Source: Tricharina praecox (lineage: Eukaryota). Taken from it: a DNA stretch of 64,000 bases. Where the stretch lies: contig NW_026250408.1 in assembly GCF_024521635.1 (NCBI RefSeq), positions 372,001 through 436,000 of the forward strand, in the 5' to 3' direction. Numbering within the stretch: the first letter of the stretch is position 1; each line of letters opens with the position of its first letter. The translations under genes and the position numbers were made by a program. Of the stretch, positions 48,451-62,346 are shown in pieces. Under the pieces are notes generated by a model that made no database searches, was not told the origin of the DNA, and worked only from the letters and a program-made list of their open reading frames with translations.

Positions 48451-51400
48451 TCAAGCCCTATTAACCACGACCCTCGAAACCAACTCCCCGCCGATCCTAG
48501 CGATTTCATTCAGAATCGCGTCCTTGTTCAATTTCACCTGGACATCGCCGTCCTCCTGCTCCTCCTGCGCTTTCTTCGCTGCAACAGGAATCGACGAGTA
48601 CCCCAGCTCCGCCTTCCACTTCCTGGCCGTACTCGGCGCCCACACGCCCCCGACCACCGGCCACGACGGCGAGGAGAAGAATATCACCGTACCGCTGTAC
48701 AGCGTGGATATCTCCTCGACAAAAGCGCCCACGGGATCAAAGCCGAGACGGCCCAGGTCCTCGGCGGTGACCTCGCCCGACTGCTCCAGATTCTTGAATT
48801 TTGTGGTGGAGGAGGAGGACTTCTTCACGCCGCTACCGCGGACGAAGCGCGGGTTGAGATCGAGTACGAAGTCGAACTCGGCTGTTTCCGGCGAGAAGAG
48901 GATCTTACCGTCAAGGTGGCTTCGGGCCGCGCGGGCCAGGGCGGTGATGCGCGCGGCGACGACCTTGGCCGGCCGGTTGCCGGTGGTCCATAGCGAGTGC
49001 TCGCGATCGTGGTTGCTGGCTACCCACATCGCGACGTGGTTCATCGCCGGGTCGGTGTGCGTGCGGGTGTTTGTAAAGTTCTCGCGGATCTTGGTGAAGT
49101 CCTCGGACTTCAGGCCGTCCGTGGAGGAGATATCGAGGATTAGTGGGTCGGTGCGCCAGTCCCACCGGGCGAGGAAGCCGATAGTGCGAAGGAAGCCGGT
49201 AAGCACACTTGCGGGCACGGAATTGGGAAATGGGTAAAGGAAGCTGCGGGCAGCGAGGAGTTCGATGAATTCTTCGGTGACGTGAGGCGTCAGGAGTTGC
49301 GAGGAGAACCACCTCTTGAGGAGGCGGATAGTGGGGGAGAGGAGAGGGAAGCGGTGGGTTAGCTGCCGGATTCCGTCGGTGTGGCGGGGGGCGAGGACGA
49401 ATGTTCGGCGATGCGCGGCCAGGGCGGCGATGGCAGCGTCTTTAGAGCGTGGAGAGAGACTTGGGTCTTTGCTCCGGTTCTCAAGGAGAGTCGCTTCACG
49501 GTCGTGGTAGATGCGAATACGGAAGGATGGTCCGGAGAGGTAGATCACGTCCAGGAAGGCGTAATTCATTATTTCGGCGGTTTCATTCTCCAGGCCGACG
49601 CGGGTTATGAGTTGGTCAGGCTTCTTTTCCTCGAGCAGGCGTCCCATTTGGATCAAAAAAGAGGCCTTGGTCTTTTGGATGGCGACAAGGTCGTCGGGCC
49701 ATCTACTAGAGGATTCGAATTGCACCACGACGTCGGCGGGTTCCATGAGCGGGTGGTCCGGCGTCATGGGGATGTCGACGGTAGCAGCACGAAGAGCAGG
49801 TGCGGCTGCAGAAACGTGCCGCATGGCAAGCGGAATTCCGGTCAAGCTCTTCAGGTCTCTATCCAACGTATCGAAGGCGTCATAGACGGGCTGGAACAAT
49901 GTGACCTGCTCACCGCCGTCAAGTATGTGATTAAACGCATTGCCAACGAACTCCAGATGCTCTACCAACTCCACATCGAAATGCCGAGTGAAGATGTGAG
50001 AGATGATTTGCTGGTACACTGGTACTTTCGACTTGGGCCAGGTGACACTCTCGATGATGCTGCCGTCCGGGAACCGTCGAAGTTCTGCCTTGGGGCCCCA
50101 GAACATGCGGAAAGCTGCAGCTTTCTTCTTCTCCTCAGGGGATGGACCGCGGTCGATTGTTCGCGAGACATTCTGGGGGTTTAGGAGAAGTCCAATAGTG
50201 ATCTTGCCGGACGAAATATCCGCTTGTGGGGTGCCCTTGATTGCGAAGGATCTTTCGCTAGGGAGCGAGAGGTGGATCAGCGAGGCACGATCGGTAAGAC
50301 CTTCCTTTAAAACGTTATAGATCCGCTGGGCATAGTCCACTTCCCTGCCGAGGCTTATCGCCGTCACAGATACGTGACCAGCAAGCTCTGCTTCTGACGG
50401 AAAGGGAAGACGTGCAACGACGTCGAACTTGTAGCAAGGTTCATCCGCCTTCTGCAAAAAGACAACCTCGAACTGATCAGACAATGTGGTATTATTGAGG
50501 CATTCCAGAGTACGCTCTGCTTCGTGTCGCAGCTGTCCAAAGCATCAGAATTAGCAAAGAAAAACCCGAGTGCTTGTCTGTGAACTAACCATTTCATAAC
50601 TCCACGGCGTCATCTTATACAGCACATTAACCCCACGCTCCCCATCAAAGAGTACCGGAGCCTTCGAGCCCGCCTTCTTCACACTCTCAGTCGTTCCAAA
50701 GACCAGGGGATCAATCGACAGATTCCTCCCGGCCAAAAACTGCAGCATTGCCTTGAACATTTGGTAGTTACTGTAACCAGCAGCCAACAGCGCATGACCC
50801 TTAGTCCCGCCGCCTTTCAGAAGGAAGGCCATTATGACCGCCCACTCAAAATGTCCAAACCCGCCTTTGCTCACGGCACCCCCAAAACCTCGTTGTCTTA
50901 ACCATACCCGTCCCAGTACGCACGCATCAGTGAACGCCGCGCATGTAGATGAGCTAGAATGCAGCAGTGCCAGGTACGGGAAATAGGTCATATCGGCAGC
51001 AAGCGAAGCATTGTAGACAGGAGTAGGGTCGAAGACGGGCGCACTCGTCGCCTTAGCGGGGGCATCGGCAGCCTGCTGCGGCCGCACACAATTCTTGAGT
51101 GGATACAGCTTTCCGGCGGGGAAGATATTTGACGGTGCGGAAGGAATAATGTTGATAGACCATTTGAGGGACTTTGCGTCGGACCCTGCTTCGCTGCCAG
51201 GTGAGACGACGAGAATCGGCTTCAGCTGGTCACCGTTCATGAAACTATACTCCATCTTTAACCCCCTCAGTTCTTTCGAGTCGGCGAGGGCACTTGCGAC
51301 GACGGCTAAATAATATGCGCGCTTGTGGAAGTATCGATAGTTCATGTAGTCTTTTTCTTGAAACATTTCCTGCGTCATGACCATCAGCACCAAGCTTCAT

Positions 51401-51975
51401 AATTTCAACCAAGGGCGCTGTACAGATGGCATTGAAAGAACTAGATCTATTGAAAGACCCTCCTTCTGCTTGATCACCGTTTTGAGCGCATAACTGCCGG
51501 TAACATTGACATATGACGGCTTCGCGAACGAAAACTGGTACTGCGCATCCTTCGCCGGCTTGGATTCTGGGAACGGAATATTGATGTTGCGCTTCTTCAT
51601 TTCTGCCTCAACCTCCGCAATCTACTCTCATCCGTCAGCGCCCTCATAAACCCAAGATCCAATCGTAGCGAAAGAACGAACCTTCAGTCCGCTCCTCTCG
51701 GGAATCGCATCAACCAGGTCCTTCAGTTGATGCAGCGTCTTCTCTACGGAAGCCATGCGCTTGCTCCCGTAATTGAACGCAACCTCACTCAACATCTCCT
51801 CGGTCTCCATCCGGAACACATTGCTCTTGTAGCTGTACATCTCGCCAACCGCCTGTGCCGTCAACTGCGTCTTGTGCTGCGCCGCCGCATGTTTCTTCTG
51901 TGCCTGTCGCAGGGCTTTTTCGTCTCCAGAGGTTTCTTCCATGTCGGTTCTCCGGCGTTTTGCGATCGGTGACAT
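48451..51975 (-). CDS. UTP22: U3 snoRNA-associated protein Utp22 / Nrap
   Basis: FQEKDYMNYRYFHKRAYYLA, WLRQRGF, GFGHFEW, FWGPKAELRRFPDGSIIESVTW, FESSSRWPDDLVAIQKTK, IARIGGELV. Confidence 0.95.
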
Positions 51976-52022
51976 TGTATGGTTGTTTGTTCGTATGGCG
52001 AGTGGGATGGCTACCAGTGTAG

Positions 52023-52195
52023 AAAATTTAACGGAATTCGAGATAAACTATCGCGCTATGTTATTCGCACGTGATCTACACGTGATCGACATATGCATGG
52101 GATATCACTCAGTATATTGCCTGTGGACAAGGGTTAAGAAAATGCGAGACAGGAGAAAAGGCATGGAGCATGGCGGGGATGTTCGCCGATGAGCG
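52023..52195. promoter_or_regulatory. UTP22 upstream region with two CACGTG E-boxes and RRPE-like/PAC-like motifs
   Basis: CACGTGATC occurs twice (~52068, ~52079); AAAATTT at ~52023; CGATGAG at ~52187. Confidence 0.35.
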
Positions 52196-52766
52196 CTACT
52201 CAGAGCCGTGCTAGAATACCTGAGGACGACAGAAGTGGGGGGAAAAATTCTAATGATGGAAGAAGTGGCCGAGGAGGGAAGCCACGCCTCCGAAGCCGAA
52301 CAGGCATGCCCGGCGGGGTTCTGTGTATGCGGGTTGTGTACGTAGGGGAATCATGAGGTGAGGAGCGCAGTCATGTTTTCCTTCTCTCTCTGGTTTTGGA
52401 AGGCAGCGACGCAACAACGAACCATACAGTTACAGGGCTTCATCTCTGTCCCCACGGGGCTGACAGGAGAGGTCGGCAAAGCGGGTCACCACAGTCCAAA
52501 AAAAGCCTGTATGTGACAATAAATTGATCATCTCTCTAAGTAATTCGTACAGCCGAGTACATCAATGAAACATCGGGAGGTAAAAAAATAAGGAACAAAA
52601 AATCAAATCGATGGGCGTTCGCCATCCAAGAACGCCGTCCGCCTGGCATGTACACTCCAAGTTCCAGATCCAAAGAGAACAGGTAACCCCCGTCTCAAGC
52701 CAAAAGCACATAATCCAACTCGCAAAGTTCACTCCAACTGTCTATGATCTGCTTAGCTATCTACCA

Positions 52767-55766
52767 CTACACCATTCCTCCTCCTGGTCTACCGGCCCCA
52801 TCGCCTCCAGCAGCTACAAACTGGTTGAGCATGCCCAATACTCCTGCACCACCGCTCACGGGCTTGTCATAGGTGTTTTCGGCTTGAATGCCCTTAACTC
52901 CAGAAGACACAAACGATTCGCCAAGGCCATCCCTGAAGCCTCTTGAACTGGTGTTCCGTGAATTATCTTCATAGTCATCCTCTTCCTTCAGTGACACTGC
53001 CGTGGACGGGTGGAAGCCAGCCCTCGGATTTCGATTGTAGGTGTTGGGTGGCTGATGGTGGTGATCCAGCAGTGACGACCGCATCATCATCGAGGACTGC
53101 ATACGGGTTGGATTCTCCCGGAACATTGACTGTGCAAGGTTGGGTGCTCGCTGGTCCTGAGGCCCATGGCGATTCGTGGGCCATCGGCCTGCCGCGGCAG
53201 CGTTATCGCCTGTTAGGACCGGCGATACCATAAATGGATGCGTTGGTTGTAAACGTTTGCCATTCTTGGTCGTAGGGTGGTATTGGTCCATGAACCCCAG
53301 GTATGAAGCGAGCATCTTGTTGTCTTTGGTGGCGAAGTATTCTTCTCGGAGATCTCCAGCCTTGTGCTGCTGTAACGGGATTTAGTACTTATCATAGCGA
53401 GCGGTGATTGGGGGCGATTCTTACTCCAGGCTTCTCAAAATCAAACATCCCAAAGCTGCAAACGTACCCTACCCCGTCGATGTGTACGGTAAACTCCCTG
53501 AAGAAATCGATGATGCGGTCACTGCTCTTGGGCAACGAGAAGTATAGGATGAAGGGTGTGAGGAAAACGCTCAGAACTTCTTCCATGAAGATCGTCAACT
53601 TCATCGCATATAGCTGCATGAACTCCCGTTTAACCTAATCGTTGTCAGCGAAAATAACGCCACAGGGAACTGAAATACTGACATCATCAGAGTGCAGCTT
53701 GTCTTTCCAGTGGTCAGGCATGTAATGGGTGTGTTGGATGACATTGGTGAGTGACCACTCTGGATCATACACCGCGTACTCATCCTGCAACATCCCTCTG
53801 CTGACCGCAACAATTGTCGTGAGAATTCCTATGACAGTGACCGCATTGAGGTCTCCGACGATCTTGAAGTTCAATTCGTTGTCGATCAAAGTCCCGACGA
53901 CGAGGACACCCAAGAGAGAGCCCGCAACGAATGAGACAAACCTACAACACGGTTAATTTAGGAAAAACGTCCTATGTACTGAGGGCGGAGACTGTACCTC
54001 GCCAACTGAGCGGTCTTTTCCTTTGGAAACTGGTCGACGTATGCCTCTGCGGCCGGATAGCTCATATTGATTCGCATTTGAAACAAGTGCCAGAGCTCAT
54101 TGAACTCCCGGAATTTCCACTCCGCGAAGGGGGTGTATTGACGGTGGCCAATGCGAGCCGGTGTTTTGATGAAATCCTACATACTTAGCACTCTGAAAGT
54201 ACTTAGGTTCAGGAGAAGCCTACATGAAGATTGCGGAACAAGAACAGCACGAGGAAGTAGGATGCGATGAAGGGCGCAAATATGGCATTCATTACTGCTG
54301 CGAACATAAACCGCCTCCGGAGACTGCCTCTCGTAAGCTCGGGTATCCGGCCAGATTTCTGAGCAAGTCTTACCCTTCACTGAGTGCCTTCCTGTGCGTA
54401 CCATTGAGAAATAGTTGCCGAAAATGACCCTGATCATTGAAAGCAAAGTCCAGAATGCACTGACTGAGATTCCACTCAAGCGTCCTAGTCAACATGGGCC
54501 CTTGGTTCCTGAAAAATGGCAGTGGGACGGTCAAATCGAGAACCTCCTTATTAAAGAGGGCAATAAGGTAGTTCTCTCTCCTCATGAGCCGGTTACAGAT
54601 GTCGTGAGCATCCATACGTTGCTTAGCCACGTTGGTCCAATTCCGGTTCTTGATCGACTCGGATGTGTTCGGGTTGGCATCTCGAAGAACCATCAGGCGG
54701 CCAACGACGTCTTGCCATGCGACCGTCTGCATGTCGCTATCCGGAATAGCTAGAAGATGTGTATAGAAATTGTACATGTCGATCAAACGGCGAGCGTCCA
54801 TGAGGTAGCTGACCAGCTTGTAGACGCAGAAGAATACAATCATCCACTGGAAAAACGTTGCCGTAGTTGACATCTCGCTCATGCACTGGCCCTTTATGAT
54901 CATCGCAAGGCTGTGGTGGGCATCTATTTTACTGTAGTCGATGCAGAAACCAAGAAACGTAGAGAAGCCAACGACGAATACGAGGGTACTGAGATAAGGT
55001 CAGAAAAGCTTTTTGGACAGTTGGTGGCCACTTACCAGAGATTCAAGAGCCGAGTAAGGAATATGTTGTATATTCCTTTGCCAACATAATAAAGATACAC
55101 CTAGCAGCGTCAGTAAGCAAAGCTTCCACCATGAACTACTGGAAAACCAACATCTTGCAAGAAATTGTCCAGATTCTCAACATTCGCCCACTTCCACATA
55201 GCTCGTTCCTTCGCGCCCACTGACCATCGCTGCGGCATCGGCTTCTTTGCCGCGCCCCTCGGCTCATTACTCGCCGCAGCAGTAGCAGCATTCCACTGTT
55301 CCTCAAGTCGCCGATTCCTCATTGTGGGCGGCCCAGGATCGCCGGAGCTACCGACGCCAGGCCCCGGAACCGACTTGTCGCTGCCGAGGTCTTTCCGTCG
55401 TTGGTGGCTCGGGGAACCCCCGGTCTCAAATAGTAACGACTGTGGAACTTCGGTATTATCGTCGTCGTCGATATAACGGCTAGGAGCATATCTGTTGCCT
55501 CGTCCGCCCGATAATGACGGAAAAACCCGCTGACGATCCTTCCCCGGTGGCTGATCCTGGAGCTGGAACGTGCTGTCGTCCATGTCCGATACGTCGTCTG
55601 CGTCGCCACTGTCTTGCCGTGTGGCTATTGGCCGTAGGCCGGCTCGTTCTTCAAGATCATCGGCATCGGAGTCTGAGTCGATGGCGGCATCTTGCTCGCG
55701 CAAGGTCTCGTATATTGAAGCAGATGTGTTCTGGTTGAATATTCGTGACAAAAGTTGGCTTGTCAT
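52767..55766 (-). CDS. ATG9: Autophagy lipid scramblase Atg9, multi-exon
   Basis: [94 protein letters not shown]. Confidence 0.96.
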
Positions 55767-56243
55767 CGTGAGTACAGTGGAGATTGTATCGTGACAGTAT
55801 TGCTGTTCTAGATGTGTCGCGGCAACCTAAGAAGGCTGGCTGTGGCTGTAGCTCACGCTCCTTCGTCCGGTCAAACGAAATAGTGGGGCACTGGGGAGCT
55901 GTAGGAACGGTCGGGCGTCTTTTCAGAGAGAGGGCAGGCTTTTTCAATACTGTTCTCTGGCTCTGTAGAAGTTTGGAGCTCAGGATAGATCAGCTGGAGG
56001 ATGTCCCGCGTTGTCCGTTGTCGTGTGCTTTGAAGTTGTTCTCGTGAGTGGTAAATTTGTGGGTGTGGTGAAGCTATGGCTCAGCAGATGGAGGAGCTCA
56101 TGTGCACTATCCCTCTTGCGACTTAGCCCCATCGGTCAGATAAGATACGAAGGTTTAAACGCGGGTTCCTCTCTATTGTAAATTACCCGTCTTTGCTTCC
56201 CGCTTCAGAGAGCACTCGCGAAGCTCCTGTCCACCTATCAGCA

Positions 56244-58544
56244 ATGGACTCCTCCTCCTCGTCATCTGCGTCTCAGCAACGCCTCGCCAGCGTCTTATCT
56301 GCATCCTACATTGACGCCGATATTCGTAATGCACTCGCCGTGCTGGATACACGATTCGTCGAGAACACAGCCGAAACCCGCAGGCAGCTCCGAGTCAACG
56401 TCCAAGGCGACGTTATCCGCGGCAATGCGCAGATAGTGCGGGACTTTGCTCTGGTCGCAGAGGTATCTTTTCTCCTGCATGTCTTGTGTTTTGTTTCTTG
56501 TTTTTATAGTGTCGAACGGTATTGAGATGGTGCCTCCCCAGTAGCAATTGACACAAATCGGCTCCGCTTTGGACTCCATGAACGATGTGGTCTCCTCGAT
56601 GCGCGCTCGTACTGCCCTGGCGTCTGCCGAAACTGCACCGATCCTCGAAGAGTCCTCTCAGCTCCTCGCACAGAAGAAAGCCGTTGAAGACAAGCAAGTG
56701 CTGCTCGCCGCGTTTACCAAGCACTTCACCGTATCTGAAGATGACATCGTGTTGCTCACGAGCTCCGCCGAACCCGTAGACGACCGGTTTTTCAGAGTAC
56801 TCCAGAATGTCAAGAGAATACACACCGATTGTCAAGTACTACTGGCAAGTGGGAATGAAAAGGTGGGCACCGAGATTATGGACGAAATGGTCAAGCATCT
56901 ACATGCCGCTTTCCAGAAGCTCTTCCGTTGGGTGCAGCGAGAGCTCAAGACTCTCTCCCTGGAGAATCCCCAAGTAAACAGTGGTATACGGCGGGCTCTT
57001 CGAGTCTTAGCTGAGCGCCCTACATTATTTCAGTGGGTTCCCATCATCCAGTGTCTGTCCAAGAATTCCCAAGTGCTGACGCACTTCAAGAAACTGTCTA
57101 GACTTCTTTGCCGAGGCACGACAGAAGATATTGCTCGACTCATTCTACACTGCGATGACCGGAAGTACCCACGGCACCGCGGTAGACTACCATATCGATC
57201 ATGCCACGAAACCTATAGAGGTCTATGCCCACGACCCTCTCCGGTACATTGGCGACATGTTAGCGTGGCTACATTCCACAGCGGTAGGAGAGCAAGAAAC
57301 ACTTGAAGTTCTGTTCGTCGCTCAAGAGGGCGAGGATGGCGTTCAGAAAATGAGTATATTAGGGGGGTTTGAGGAGAGCTTGAAAAGTGATCTTATGGCA
57401 GAGGATGAGGCATTTGGGTGGGATGCTCGGCGCGGGCTGGTGTTACTCGTCGATAAGAATCTCGAGACGGTGTGCAAGCCGTTGAAAGTGAGTGAGATCT
57501 TGTCTCAGCTCTGGAGCTATCTGACTAACCTATTTCGTGAAGGCCCGGATTGAGCAAGCAATTGCCAGCCAGGAGTCAAGCACCTTGACTTACAAGCTGA
57601 CGAACCTGATCAATTTTTACCGGCTCACTTTCCAACGTCTATTTGGAGAGGATTCCAATCTTCTCGCCACCACACAGAAGTAAATCCTCTGTTATTCGAC
57701 TATTAGAAGCGTAGCTAACGATATTCAGCCTGCACGACTCAGCGCTGCGACAATTTTACAGCACACTCCAGGACCATGTCCGGTCGGTCAAATCGGACTT
57801 GCCGCAGGCACCTACCAATCTCGCGCCTCCTATGTTCCTCCAGGATGCGCTGAAAGAGTTGACACTTCTGATGAAGTCGTACGACACTTCTCTTGCTCCG
57901 CTAGAATCAAGAGAGGATGGATTCGCCAAGATCCTAGATAGCGCGCTGGATCCATACCTTGAAGGATGCGTCGAGCTCTCGCGAGAGCTGCAGAAGCCTG
58001 ATGGAGATGTCTTCAGTCTCAACTGCCTACACGTAGCAAAGTCTGCTCTGGAACCCTTCGAGTTCACAGCTCGACGAGTCGAAAAGCTGCAGGAGCAGAT
58101 TGCACACCATGTCAACATCTTAGTGGACTATGAGCTTGACTTCTTCCTTCAGCAATCAGGCCTGCATCCTCTCCTTCAGACTCTCTCGGAATGGGAAGCC
58201 AAGGTAGATTGATTGACCCGAGTTATTGCCGGCTCTCGCTGACATGTCTCACAAAGCCCACCGGCCACCCTCCGTTCACACCCACTTCCCTTCAACAAGC
58301 CTCGGAAAAGTTGGACGACTTCCTTCCCTCGGCGCTGATGGACGCCCGAGCAACCCTTAACCGCCTCAGCTCCCCGCAGTTTCTAGACGAAATCACGGCG
58401 AAAGCCGCTGAGGAGTTTACACACAATTTTGCACGGGTCGAGGAGGCAGTGATCGACACGATGGGCGGTAACGAGGGGGAGGCAGAAGATATGCGTCGAT
58501 TCTGGCCTAGGACTGTGGATGAAGTTACTGTGCTGCTTAATTAA
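56244..58544 (+). CDS. COG6: Conserved oligomeric Golgi complex subunit 6
   Basis: [82 protein letters not shown]. Confidence 0.93.
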
Positions 58545-58837
58545 GCTAGACTTGGGAATGACGAAGAAGATAGCTCAAGTGTATTACCTGCATGAATTGA
58601 GAAAATACGATACATAATACCACACTTTATGAACCAAATTCAACGCACAACCACATCTAGAAGGTGGCCCATCGTGAGTGATACAGGATGTATCGGCATT
58701 TCCAGGTGATTCTTTAGCTCCAAGAACCCTGCCGAGTTCGTTTCCGTCAGCCTCGGCAGTCGATCTGCGCGCCCGCTTCCGCCGCCGACGCACCCCGCCA
58801 TTGCTTACATTTGTATATATCTGGCCCGCGTGCTCCA

Positions 58838-58892
58838 TCTATATACACTAAATTGCACCCTCTATACACGAAACTGTGCTATCTATACACGA
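58838..58892 (+). repeat. Three ~21-bp spaced TCTATACAC motifs immediately before the GCDH ATG
   Basis: Seen directly. Confidence 0.6.
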
Positions 58893-60591
58893 TGTTCACA
58901 CTTCTCAAACGCACCGCCTTCGCCGCCTCCGCCACCGCCGCCCTGCGGCCCGCCGCCCGGAGGTTAGCCCACACAACCACCTACGACTGGGAAGACCCAC
59001 TCCTTCTCCGCGAGCAGCTCGACGAGGAGGAAATTGCCATTGCACAGACCGCGCGTGACTACTGTCAGGAGCGCCTTCTGCCGCGAGTTCTCGGTATTTA
59101 GGTCATCTTCTGCGCGGGTAGCTAAGGCAGTGGCTAATTAGCGGGGACAGAGGCGTACAGAGAGGAACATTATGAACGCGAGATACTTGAGGAGATGGGA
59201 GAGCTCGGGTTTCTGGGCGCAAGTATTGACGGATACGGGTGCGCGGGAGTGGGACATGTTGCTAATGGTGTGAGTACTCTAAGCATGCGGAGTGATATTG
59301 AGCGAGGCTGATATTGTGCGCGCAGTTGATCACACGGGAGGTTGAGAGGTAAATCTTGCTTTATGACTATATGGATGAGATATTGATATCATAGCCGGAC
59401 AGGGTGGACAGCGGTTACAGAAGTGGAATGTCCGTTCAGAGCTCACTCGTTATGGGTGGAATTGGTATTCCCTCCTTCCCAGCTCATGTCAATTGGACAT
59501 ATATTGATAGAAACACAGACGAGTTCGGAACTACTGAGCAGAAGGAACGATATCTTCCCGGCATGGCGAAGGGGAAGATCGTGGGTGCTTTTGGGTTGAC
59601 CGAGCGTAAGATTCCTCTGGGTCGGACGTGAGTGAGTGCTGCTGACTGAAGGTGTAGCAAACCATGGTTCTGATCCTGGAGCGTAAGTCCCGACGCCCAC
59701 TTGAATATTCAGGCGCGGGGACTGAGATTAGCAGGATGGAAACCGTTGCCCGACCGCATTCCACAAAGGAGGGTGTCTACCTCCTTAATGGCTCCAAAAC
59801 CTGGATCACCAACAGTCCCATCGGTCTGCATTCGCCTTTGCCCACCCCTCCTTTCGTACCACTTTCTAACCCACCATAGCGGACGTCCTCCTGGTCTGGG
59901 CCAAACTAGACGGCGAGATTCGCGGCTTCCTCGTTGACCGCTCGACCGCAGGGGACTCCCTCTCCACCCCCGCAATCAAAAACAAATCTGGCCTGCGCGC
60001 CAGCATCACGGGAATGATCCACCTTACAGACACTCCTGTACTAGCGTCCAACCTGTTTCCGCACATCTCCGGCCTCCGCGGCCCTTTCACCTGTCTGAAT
60101 TCCGCCCGTTACGGCATAGCTTGGGGCACCATAGGCGCACTTGAAGACTGTCTCGCCCGTGCCCGCGCCTACAGTTTGGAACGCAAACAGTTCCGTGGGA
60201 ACCCGCTGGCGAGGTATCAACTCGTCCAGAAGAAGCTCGCAGATGCGAGTACAGATGTCGCCTATGGCCTTGCCGCTGCGCTTCAAGTCGGACGGCTGAA
60301 GGATAAAGGCCTTGCTACGCCGGAGATGATCTCAATGATCAAGAGGCAGAACTGTGATCGTGCGCTGGTGGGAGCGAGAGCGCTACAGGAGATTTTCGGA
60401 GGAAACGCGGTGAGCGATGAGTATCACATTGGAAGGCACGTCGCGAATTTGTTTGTTACGCAGACATATGAGGGACAGAGCGATATCCATAGTAAGTTAT
60501 CCCGTGACTGGTTGGGATGGGAAGGCTGCTAAAAGTAGGGATAGGCTTGATTCTAGGACGGGCTATCACGGGGGTACAGGCGTTCTGTTGA
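58892..60591 (+). CDS. GCDH: Mitochondrial glutaryl-CoA dehydrogenase (acyl-CoA dehydrogenase family), many short exons
   Basis: Mitochondrial presequence; [77 protein letters not shown]. Confidence 0.95.
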
Positions 60592-60834
60592 GAGGATGTG
60601 GTGTGTGTATGAATACTCCCTTTTTATAAGGATACTGTGATCATCCTTCACTTAGGATCACAATTTATCAGGACGAGGGAGTTTGACAGAACGGGATCGT
60701 GAGATCAAACCCCACAGCAAAGACCAATGTAATGAACAAGCATTTATAAAACCCATAGTACAACCCAAGATGCATAAAAGTAAAGGAAAAGCACAATCAA
60801 CGCCGACCAATGCCATCCATCCATCCATCGACTC

Positions 60835-61922
60835 TTAACACTGCCTCACCATCATCCCCTCGGGATTAATAGTATACGCCTCGTCGACCTCGTGTCTCCA
60901 ACGATCCATTTGGATCCTCGGGGCACCTCCGTTCTCATCAGCGACTAACACCCCCATGCTGTCGAGTGCCGCCTTGATATCGTCCGGCTGTATATACGTC
61001 GCCTTCGACAGATCGTTTATACTGATACTATCCTTCTCCGAGTCGCGGATTACCTTCGCAATGCAGGTGGACCAGTAGGCAATATATCCTTTATGGCCCA
61101 AATCCGATAGCGCTATCCTCCCACGACATCATCAGCATTCCTCTCTCCCTCTCGGAATTCCAAGTTACCTACGTTTCTCCGGCGACCCCATTTTTCCCGC
61201 GCCTCTCGACAGCTCATACGAAAACGCAATCAGGAGCTTGCCCAAACCTTTCTTCTGAAAGGGTGGGAAGACAAGTATACACGCGAGGTTGTAGTCGTCC
61301 CACGAGATTTTCTCCTTTGAGAAGAAGCCGAGTACGCGTTTGCGTCCCGTGGTTCCGCAGGTGCCGATAAGCGTGTAGAATAAGAACGACCGTGTTTCGT
61401 AGCAGACGCCTTTTGTGTCGAGGAAGAATTTGGCGAAGAGACTGAGGCTCTGGCAAAAGAGCTGGGAGAGATCAGTGGGGGTCGTGGGGGACGGGGAAGG
61501 GATACGGGGGTAGGGAGGGCTCACGGGCTCTTCTGCTCCATCCACTTCGTAGATATCGCACCCGCCGTGGGAATACATCAGCGTGCCCAACATCTCTCCT
61601 CTTGCCAACGTACAAAACTTCTGTCCTCCCCTCGTTCATTAACCCACTGTCCATTGTCACTTCTCACTCCAAAGTGCCATACCTGATGTCCCAACGCGCG
61701 CGCTACATCCGGCGTGTACTTAAAGCAGTGCTCGCATACGTACAGCCGACCATTCTTGAAGCTGGCATCGCCGAGGAGCTTAGAAGGGTAGCTGGACGGG
61801 TACCAGGGCGCGATTAACTGTCCGCCGAAGACGACGGAGGTTATTTCCTTCGCGGCGACGCGTGGCGTGGTGCTGCCGGGCTTGTCGGAGCTGGGGGGTG
61901 AGGGTGTGGGCTTTTTGCGCAT
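60835..61922 (-). CDS. SAS2: MYST-family histone acetyltransferase, Sas2-like (compact, no chromodomain)
   Basis: PWYPSSYP, LYVCEHCFKY, YEVDG, LFCQSLSLFAKFFLDTK, GFFSKEK, NLACILVFPPFQKKGLG, GSPEKPLSDLG. Confidence 0.85.
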
Positions 61923-62346
61923 TGCTGTTCTGTTCGTGACTGCGATATCGGTTTGTCGCCGGGTGCGGGAAATAGGCTCTATTGGTTGGGGAGGATGGAG
62001 GCGGAAGGCGGTGTTGGTGAGAAATAGTTATGGTCGGTGCTGAGTCTGAAATGGCGAGCCGAGGAGCGGCAGGCGGCTGTAGTGAAGGCGTGGGTTTTCT
62101 TGCGCCTCATTCAGGCTGGTGGGTTCTGGTGAGTTGAGATTTGAATCAGGGTGTGAGTGAAGATGCCATTCAGAGTGACTGTTACGGCGTGGAGAGTTTC
62201 CAGTAGTGAAGCTTGATAGTGGTGCAGAGTGATTATGCGCGATAAGCGCGGCCCAAGCTTTTGGGTGGAGAAGCAAGATATTGTCTTATTCCCATGCACT
62301 CTACACAGCACGAGACTCAGGAAGGCAGCCAGAATAAGATGTTCAA

